A program made the translations under genes and the position numbers. Positions 47,352-54,264 of a stretch of 64,000 nucleotides of DNA are shown piece by piece. A model generated the notes under the pieces. That model had not been told where the DNA came from. It worked only from the letters and a program-made list of their open reading frames with translations, and searched no databases. How positions within the stretch are numbered: the first letter of the stretch is position 1; every line of letters begins with the position of its first letter. The DNA comes from Candidatus Staskawiczbacteria bacterium (GTDB lineage Bacteria; Patescibacteriota; Minisyncoccia; Minisyncoccales; Staskawiczbacteraceae): the NCBI GenBank assembly GCA_026395175.1, contig JAPLZF010000009.1:2290-66289 (forward strand), in the 5' to 3' direction.

Positions 47352-49556
47352 TTATTGCCCGGTTTCAAATAATTTATTTTTTGAATTCTTATACATGTCT
47401 TCCAGCATTTCTGCAATGTCCGGTCTCATAAGATAATCCGGTATTTTTTCATTGTTCAAAAGGCAAGCTCTGGCTTTTGTCCCGCTGATGCTGATTTTTG
47501 ATTTCTCTTTGTGCCTGCATTTGTCAACAACTTTGCCGCATTCTCTGCAAAAATAAGCTACATCAAAAAACAAAGGAATAATGCCAATGTCGCCTATCTT
47601 GCTGAATATTTCTTGGGAAGCGTTGGGAGAATAATAATTGCCAACGCCTGTATGGTCTCTGCCGACTATAAAATGGCTGCAGCCGAAATTTTTTCTGCAA
47701 AGAGCGGTGAATACCGCTTCCCTAGGACCGCTGTATCTTGAATAAGTGGCAAACGAGCCTATTATTGCAGGATACGGCTTATAATATCCTTTTTTTATCA
47801 TAATTTCATAAGCGCCAATAATAGCTTCTGCGGTAAAATCGTCTGCCTTTTTTGGCCCCACAACCGGACTGATAAATAAGCTGTCCGCGCCGACTTTTGC
47901 CAATGCTTCTTTTTGTATAAATTCGTGCCCTTTGTGGACTACATTTCTTGTGTGAAAACCCACTATTTTCTGCCAGCCGAAATTTCCAAAAATTTCTCTC
48001 GTCTGCTTTGGAGTCAAATTATAAAGCTGGGCATAGGAAGCAGGCCTCTGGATGAGAAAAACTTCTCCCCCAATTATATAATTTCCTTTTTTCTTAAAAT
48101 TACTGGCGCCGGGATGATTGTCATCTTTTGAGCCAAACCATTTTTCGGCTATTTTTTTGATATCTATTTTTTTTATTTCCGACACATCCATTGCTCCGCA
48201 TATCTCGCCAGAATTATTCTGCAAAATAATTCTTTCGTCTTCTTTAAAATTTATGTCGCTTTTTTCCATCTGCAATAAAATCGGCATAGTCCAAACAGCT
48301 CCATTTTTCAGTTTATAATTTTCTAAAACCGAAGTCAGTTCCTTGTAATTCATAAAACCTCTCAAGGGCGAATAAACGCCTTCGCCAATCTGCACCAAAT
48401 CCAATATAGCCTGGTCTGAAACTATTTTTTTCTTTAATTTTCCTATATTCTTGATTGATTGGAGGCTTATTATATTCTGGACCAGAATTCCGCCATGAGG
48501 CTCTATCAAAGAATAATCGAAAATTGAATTAAGGTAATTATTTTTTTCGCTTTGTTTGTAATTTTTGACTTCCTCTATTATATTTTTAACCATTCTGACG
48601 CATTCTGCAGGATGCTTGCCAATAGCTGTTTCTGCGGCCAAAACAAGCCCTTGGGCTCCGTCCAATAATGTGTTGGTAATGTCGTTTACTTCCGCTCTTG
48701 TGGGCTGGAAATTTTCCATCATTGTTTCCAGCAAATTAGTGGCGACATAAACAGGCGTTTTAAAGCTTCCGGCTGTTTTTAAAATATGCTTCTGGACTAA
48801 CCCGATTTTCTGCAATTGCACGTCGCGCGAAAGGTCTCCCCTGTCTATCAATATGGCGTCGCTTACTTTGCATATTTCTTCCAAATTATTTATTCCTTTC
48901 CTGCTCTCAATTTTGCTTATTGCAAAAATAGGATATTTGAATATTTTCCTCAAATTTTCCACGTCTTCTTTTTTTGAGCAGAAAGACAGGGCAATGCAAT
49001 CAATTTTTTTTGCTTCTGCCATTTTAAAAACAGCCATGTCTTTTTCTGTAAATGCCGGCAAATTAATGTCCCTGTCCAAATTAACGCCCTTATTTGAACC
49101 GACAACTCCTCCTTCCAAAACCCGCGCTTTGACTTTGCCTTTAGATATTTCAATCACCTGAACAATAACATTATGAAAATCCATATAAAGAATATCTCCT
49201 TCTTTCAACAAATTCTTAGGGCTTATGGGGTATAAAGGAATGTTTTTTTCGTCTCCCAAAACATTGCAATCGCTCAGCGAAACAACGCTGTTGTTTTCCA
49301 AAAAGGCCTGACCGTTTTTCATTTTGCCGGTTCTTATTTGGGCGCCTTCAGAATCAACGCATATTGTTTTTTTAACGCTAGAAGATATTTTTGAAAAAAT
49401 TCCGTTGAAATCTTTTTCTTTTGTGTGAGACAAATTAATTCTGAAAATATCAACTCCGGCAGATTCCATTCTCTGCAATATTTCTTTATCTATGGAGCTT
49501 GGCCCCACCGTAGCCAGAATTTTTATGTTTTTTAATTCTTTTTTCATAATTTGCAT
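47352..49556 (-). CDS. fusion protein: pyruvate-kinase catalytic barrel (aa ~9-330) + PUA-like domain + ATP sulfurylase (aa ~351-734)
   Basis: The PK motifs are IKILATVGPSS, FRINLSH, CVDSEGAQIRTG, ISKIES, LIDRGDLSRDV, VATNLLETM and PTRAEVNDITNTLLDGAQGLVLAAETAIGKHP. The Sat motifs are IEPHGGILV, YSPLRGFM, GFHTRNVVHKGHEF and HFIVGRDHTGVG. All of these lie in a single uninterrupted 734-aa frame. Confidence 0.8.
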   Translation of the reverse strand: MQIMKKELKNIKILATVGPSSIDKEILQRMESAGVDIFRINLSHTKEKDFNGIFSKISSSVKKTICVDSEGAQIRTGKMKNGQAFLENNSVVSLSDCNVLGDEKNIPLYPISPKNLLKEGDILYMDFHNVIVQVIEISKGKVKARVLEGGVVGSNKGVNLDRDINLPAFTEKDMAVFKMAEAKKIDCIALSFCSKKEDVENLRKIFKYPIFAISKIESRKGINNLEEICKVSDAILIDRGDLSRDVQLQKIGLVQKHILKTAGSFKTPVYVATNLLETMMENFQPTRAEVNDITNTLLDGAQGLVLAAETAIGKHPAECVRMVKNIIEEVKNYKQSEKNNYLNSIFDYSLIEPHGGILVQNIISLQSIKNIGKLKKKIVSDQAILDLVQIGEGVYSPLRGFMNYKELTSVLENYKLKNGAVWTMPILLQMEKSDINFKEDERIILQNNSGEICGAMDVSEIKKIDIKKIAEKWFGSKDDNHPGASNFKKKGNYIIGGEVFLIQRPASYAQLYNLTPKQTREIFGNFGWQKIVGFHTRNVVHKGHEFIQKEALAKVGADSLFISPVVGPKKADDFTAEAIIGAYEIMIKKGYYKPYPAIIGSFATYSRYSGPREAVFTALCRKNFGCSHFIVGRDHTGVGNYYSPNASQEIFSKIGDIGIIPLFFDVAYFCRECGKVVDKCRHKEKSKISISGTKARACLLNNEKIPDYLMRPDIAEMLEDMYKNSKNKLFETGQ

Positions 49557-51031
49557 TAAGCGACCAATACCAAAAAGCTTTCTTTTATGGCAGAGTATAT
49601 TTTATAATTTAAAAACTTGTCTGAAATGAATACAAAAAAGAAATAAGAAGCTATTCCCGAAATCACCAGAATGAAAAATCCTGCAAAATTGTTCCCAACA
49701 AAATTTTTCATAAAAGAAACAAACAGCACCATAAACGCGCAATTGGCAAGTGGTATGAATGTTTCTTTCAAAAAATCAAACCATCTGCATTTTATAATGC
49801 TTATTGTAGTAATTGCTATGCATGAAACATAAACAACAGCGCTGGTTAAAACAGCCAAAGCCGCTCCTGAAATTCCCCACATTTTTATTAAAGGATAGAG
49901 CAGAATCAAAAAAACTGCAAGCTGGACAGCGCTATATTTTGTCTGTATTTTCGGCTGTCCTAGAGCCTTAAGCACAGGAGAACTGGCGGCGTCGAATATG
50001 GAAACAAGCCCGGCAAGGCATAATAATCTCATTGGAGTCACTGCTGGCAGCCACTGCCTGCCCAAAAAAAGAAACGTAAACTCTGAGGCAATCACAATTA
50101 TTCCGCTGGAAATCGGCGCGAAAATAAATAATAAAAATTTGATTGTTTTCAAGTAAGCTCCGGCCATTTTTTTAATGTCGTGCTGGATTTTAGAATAAGC
50201 CGGAAAAATGGCTCCTGAAACAATGCTTGCCGAAGTTATGCTTGAAATTTTGTATCCCACCTGGTAGAATCCCAAAGACAAGACTCCAAGAAATCTGCCC
50301 ACGAAAATGCTGTCTGCCTGCAACAAGAAAAAATTCAAGACATTAGACCAAAAAATCCATTTGCCGAAATTAAACATCTCTTTGGCTTTTTTGTAATCAA
50401 ACTTAAAATGCGGACGATAGCTGTGAAGCGCGTAAGAAGCAACAAGGCGCACCAAGTTGCCGACAATCAGTCCAATGACTAAAGCCCAGACATTTCTGAA
50501 TACAAGAGCCGCCGACACGACTGCTATGAATTCAATTGCCGTGCCGAAAAGCTGATAAATAAAATATCTGTCGAATTCAAGGTCTTTGCCGAAATAAATA
50601 ATGCCTATGTTTACAAATCCCTGGATTAATATTGAAAGCGCCACGAATTGCGCTATCAAAGCCGCTTGCGGAGCGTTAAAAACAGATGCCACAAACGGCG
50701 CTATCAATATCAAAATTGTGGCTAAAATAATGCCCCTTGCTATCTGGATAATCCAAGCTGTGTCCAAATAAGACTCTGCAGAATCTTTTTTCTGTATGAT
50801 TGCCTGGTCGATGCCGGTCTGCGAAAAAGATTCCAAGACAGATACGGCTATAAAAGCTACTCCAAATAATCCGAAATCTTCAGGAGAAATAATGTGGGCA
50901 AGAATAATCGCCTGGATAAAACTGAAAAATTGGTCAACTATGCGGAAAGCAAACAGCCAAAATGTTCCCTGAATTGTTTTCTTTGAAATGCTTCCTTCCC
51001 GCGAAAAGAATTTTTTAATTAAATTTTTCAT
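49556..51031 (-). CDS. MOP-superfamily polysaccharide flippase (Wzx-like)
   Basis: The 491-aa product has about 12-14 TM segments. Its N-terminus (KKTIQGTFWLFAFRIVDQFFSFIQAIILAHIISPEDFGLF) is typical of the polysaccharide biosynthesis protein family. Confidence 0.75.
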   Translation of the reverse strand: MKNLIKKFFSREGSISKKTIQGTFWLFAFRIVDQFFSFIQAIILAHIISPEDFGLFGVAFIAVSVLESFSQTGIDQAIIQKKDSAESYLDTAWIIQIARGIILATILILIAPFVASVFNAPQAALIAQFVALSILIQGFVNIGIIYFGKDLEFDRYFIYQLFGTAIEFIAVVSAALVFRNVWALVIGLIVGNLVRLVASYALHSYRPHFKFDYKKAKEMFNFGKWIFWSNVLNFFLLQADSIFVGRFLGVLSLGFYQVGYKISSITSASIVSGAIFPAYSKIQHDIKKMAGAYLKTIKFLLFIFAPISSGIIVIASEFTFLFLGRQWLPAVTPMRLLCLAGLVSIFDAASSPVLKALGQPKIQTKYSAVQLAVFLILLYPLIKMWGISGAALAVLTSAVVYVSCIAITTISIIKCRWFDFLKETFIPLANCAFMVLFVSFMKNFVGNNFAGFFILVISGIASYFFFVFISDKFLNYKIYSAIKESFLVLVA

Positions 51032-51599
51032 ATTTATAAGAAGCTTTTATTTCTTTTGTCAGCCAGTTGTTTCCGATAGTTTCCACAAAAGGGATATAAA
51101 TTTTTTCCGCTTCTTTCAAATGCCTAAGCCATCTTTCCTTGCGGTCTTTTCTATATTTAAGAGATTTAACATTATCAAGAACATCGCAGGCTTTTATAAT
51201 TATTATTTCTTTCGGTCCGGCAATGGTTTCTTCAAATTTCTTTTCTTTTGTTTCTCTGGCTTTGTCTCTTGAAAGCGCCAAAACCCATCGGGCTATTTTG
51301 CCGCCAAACCTATTTTTAATTTCTAAAAACGAAATATCCGTGTCTTCTATGATATCGTGCAACAGGCTAGCAACAATAACATCTGCTTTTCTGATTTTCA
51401 AATCAAATATCAATGTATTTGCAACTCTGACCAAATGAATCAAATATGGGTCTCCTTCGTCTCTTTTTTGATTTTTATGATGCTCTCTTGCCAATTCAAA
51501 CGCTTCAATAATTTTTTTTCTTCCGGTTATTTTGGCAATGCCTTTTTTAAGCCTTTTTTCCTGAAAATTAATATCCCTGAAATAATCTTTTTTATTCAT
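51015..51599 (-). CDS. HD-domain protein of the RelA/SpoT hydrolase type (small alarmone hydrolase-like)
   Basis: HHKNQKRDEGDPYLIHLVRVANTL..ASLLHDIIEDTD matches the HD (p)ppGpp-hydrolase pattern H..Q.R..G.PY..H...VA...LHD..EDT. Confidence 0.65.
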   Translation of the reverse strand: MNKKDYFRDINFQEKRLKKGIAKITGRKKIIEAFELAREHHKNQKRDEGDPYLIHLVRVANTLIFDLKIRKADVIVASLLHDIIEDTDISFLEIKNRFGGKIARWVLALSRDKARETKEKKFEETIAGPKEIIIIKACDVLDNVKSLKYRKDRKERWLRHLKEAEKIYIPFVETIGNNWLTKEIKASYKYEKFN

Positions 51600-51601
51600 T
51601 T

Positions 51602-53080
51602 TTATTTCAGTTTTTTAAAAATCAATAATTTTTCAGGAAAAATAATCCTGTAAAAAACAAGCAACAGTAATCCGTAAACCAACACTCCTATGCCAAAAAC
51701 AAAAATAACATTAAGCCCGCTGATAAATTTTAAACTAATGACAGAATACATTACAAGGCTGGAAAATAAGGAGATCAATGCTGTTTTAAGCAGATTTTTA
51801 TTGAATGACTTGATCAGCGCCAATTTTCTGGAAAGGAATATGGTTGAAGCCAAAACAACAAAGCATGAAATTATGGTGGAAATTATAACCCCATAAAAAC
51901 CGAAGACGGGAATGAATAAAAAATTTAATATTATGTTTAAAACAGCTCCGGCAATTATCAGACCAAAATTTCTTTTCTGATGGTCTGAAACTATCAGAAT
52001 AACGCTGTAAGGATAATTTATGAAGCTGATGCCCGCCACGAATATCAAAAGTTGCAGGGCTAAAACCGACGGGCCGAAATTAGGACCATAAAAAAATCTT
52101 ATGATACTGCCGGATAATGCTATGCCTCCCGCTATTATAGGCAATGCCAAAAGAATCATCAACTCCATCAAATATTCCCAAACTTTTTGGAGATTCTGTT
52201 TTGAAGAAACAAAAAAATTGCTCAATGCCGGATAAAAGCTCCTGATTATCAAATCAGCCGGCACTATGGCGACCAGCGCAATTTTGGAAGCGGCGCTGTA
52301 CCAGCCATTTTCTATAATCAATCCGAAAAAGCCGAGCATCACCGAGCTTATCGATATATAAATCCAGCTGACCGTAAAACCAAGGCTCAAAGGCCAGGAA
52401 ATTTTTAAAATATCCAACGATTTTCTTTCCCATTTTAAAGACAGGCGGTGAAAAAGGACATTGAAAAGCAGAAGAACAAAACACATCACGGCTAAGTTTG
52501 AAAACATATATCCGTAACTTAAGTTTACAGCCGAAGGAATATTGAAAATAATGAATAAAACAACTATTGCGTTGACTACAGCATGGAATATTTTTATCGC
52601 CGCTTCATATTCCATTTTTTGGCGCGCCCGCAAAAAAATAAAAGTCATTGAAAACAGATTGGCGCTTAAAACGTAAACAATTAAAATCCACATAATCCTT
52701 CTGATAAGGAGGTCTTTTGTTATAAAAGAAGAGATTATGAATGTCGCAGTCAAAACCAGCGCGCACAAAATTATTTCCAGCGTGAAAATAGAATCGAATT
52801 TTTTTTCGTTTTCCCTGCTTCTTGAAAATTCTCTGGTGAAGACATCAATAATGCCGAGGTCTGAAAAAATAGCCATTATGGAAACAAAAGAAAAAGCAAA
52901 AATAAATTTGCCGTATTCTGTAGCTCCCAGCATTCTGATAATGTAAACAGCCAAAATAAATCCTAAAACTCTTACCGATACCTCGCCCAAAACCAGCCAA
53001 AAAGTATTTTTGACAATCGTCTGCCTGACCCCAATATTATTCAGAAATAAATTCTTCAGGTTTTGGAATATTTTTAACAC
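51602..53080 (-). CDS. second MOP-superfamily flippase (Wzx/oligosaccharide flippase-like)
   Basis: The protein is 492 aa and polytopic. Its N-terminus is VRQTIVKNTFWLVLGEVSVRVLGFILAVYIIRMLGATEYGKF. Confidence 0.7.
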   Translation of the reverse strand: MLKIFQNLKNLFLNNIGVRQTIVKNTFWLVLGEVSVRVLGFILAVYIIRMLGATEYGKFIFAFSFVSIMAIFSDLGIIDVFTREFSRSRENEKKFDSIFTLEIILCALVLTATFIISSFITKDLLIRRIMWILIVYVLSANLFSMTFIFLRARQKMEYEAAIKIFHAVVNAIVVLFIIFNIPSAVNLSYGYMFSNLAVMCFVLLLFNVLFHRLSLKWERKSLDILKISWPLSLGFTVSWIYISISSVMLGFFGLIIENGWYSAASKIALVAIVPADLIIRSFYPALSNFFVSSKQNLQKVWEYLMELMILLALPIIAGGIALSGSIIRFFYGPNFGPSVLALQLLIFVAGISFINYPYSVILIVSDHQKRNFGLIIAGAVLNIILNFLFIPVFGFYGVIISTIISCFVVLASTIFLSRKLALIKSFNKNLLKTALISLFSSLVMYSVISLKFISGLNVIFVFGIGVLVYGLLLLVFYRIIFPEKLLIFKKLK

Positions 53081-53781
53081 GATTCATTTCTTTTTAAAAT
53101 TATTTTTGCGATGCCGTCTTTTAAAATTTGGCAATTGGGAATTACGCAATGCCCGCCAATTTTTCCCGGAACATATTTTAGATAAGGCCTTAAAACTTCC
53201 TCTCTTCCCAACTTTTTATATCCCTCATTATAAGTTTTATTTGCGTCTGCATAAACAGCTTCAAAATCAACTTTATTTTTATCGCACCATTTTTTCATTT
53301 CTTTGTTTAAAACAATCAGCCAGCCGTATTGGGTTGTGTCCCAAAGCTTTATGGCTTCTGTTGTTTTTGACGGATAAAAAATTTTTGTTTTGATGCCTAA
53401 AGATTTCAAATGGCTTTCTGCCATTTTCCCTGCTTTTTCAGAATCAGCGCCAATGTATTTCACAAAGGTTTTTATGCCTTCAAAAAGTTTCGGATGCACT
53501 CCCCTGACCGGGCTGTGGACAATCATTCCTCCAATTTTTTTTGTCGTCCCGGGCGCGACAGTTGAATGTATTATCGTCAATTTAGGATTCGCTTTTTTTA
53601 TTTCTTTTTTGACAATTTTTACAAAATCTCTGCTCCAAGGAATGCAAATGTGCAGAATATCAACTCCTGCCAACCCGTCATCGCGCTTTAAATCTTTTAT
53701 TTTAGGATTATTGTAAAATTTAGAAATCGCTTTGCCGATTTCGCCGTATCCCAAGATGCCTATTTTTTGCAAAGATTTCAT
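53074..53781 (-). CDS. short NAD(P)-binding protein resembling the N-terminal two-thirds of nucleotide-sugar dehydrogenases
   Basis: The Rossmann motif is KIGILGYGEIGKAI. GKIGGHCVIPN resembles the catalytic-Cys motif GGxC(F/L/I)PKD of UDP-glucose/ManNAc dehydrogenases. At 235 aa it has no C-terminal nucleotide-sugar-binding domain. Confidence 0.4.
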   Translation of the reverse strand: MKSLQKIGILGYGEIGKAISKFYNNPKIKDLKRDDGLAGVDILHICIPWSRDFVKIVKKEIKKANPKLTIIHSTVAPGTTKKIGGMIVHSPVRGVHPKLFEGIKTFVKYIGADSEKAGKMAESHLKSLGIKTKIFYPSKTTEAIKLWDTTQYGWLIVLNKEMKKWCDKNKVDFEAVYADANKTYNEGYKKLGREEVLRPYLKYVPGKIGGHCVIPNCQILKDGIAKIILKRNESC

Positions 53782-53784
53782 AAT

Positions 53785-54228
53785 TTATTTTTTTAATTTT
53801 GCGGAAGCATTGTTTAAAAGCCAGGAAGAGCTCTGGACTTTGCCTCCGCCCACTCCGTTAATTATTTTAATGTTAAATTTTTCGCAGACTTTTTTTTCGC
53901 TTTCCGGAATATTGCCGGCATTCCTGTCACCGCCCTTGGCAAAATATAAATCACCTTTATATTTCTGAGCTATAAATTTGAGACTTTCCGACTGCGTAGT
54001 GTCTTTATCAATTGACAACATAACCTCATCTGCGTATCTTAAAGCTTTTATTATTTCAATGCGTTCTCGTTCTTCCATGAAAGGAACGCTTGCTTTTAGC
54101 TTGACTTGCTCGTCATTATTCACAATAACAATCAAAAAACCGCCTAAATTTTTGGCTTCTCTTATCAGATTTATATGGCCAATATGGAGAGGATTGAAGT
54201 ATCCGGATGTTATAATCACCTTTCTCAT
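53785..54228 (-). CDS. cytidylyltransferase-family nucleotidyltransferase (TagD / RfaE-domain-II-like)
   Basis: The 147-aa product has the HxGH motif in VIITSGYFNPLHIGHINLIREAK. The substrate cannot be assigned from sequence. Confidence 0.6.
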   Translation of the reverse strand: MRKVIITSGYFNPLHIGHINLIREAKNLGGFLIVIVNNDEQVKLKASVPFMEERERIEIIKALRYADEVMLSIDKDTTQSESLKFIAQKYKGDLYFAKGGDRNAGNIPESEKKVCEKFNIKIINGVGGGKVQSSSWLLNNASAKLKK

Positions 54229-54256
54229 TGCTTTTTTGGTTTTTTATTTGTATCAT
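54228..54256 (+). promoter_or_regulatory. sigma70-like promoter candidate for the ligase gene
   Basis: The -35 is TTGCTT (54228..54233), followed by a 17-nt spacer and the -10 TATCAT (54251..54256). The -10 ends 8 nt before the ATG at 54265, which implies a leaderless or near-leaderless mRNA. It sits in a 36-bp divergent intergenic gap. Confidence 0.35.
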
Positions 54257-54264
54257 AAAATTGC

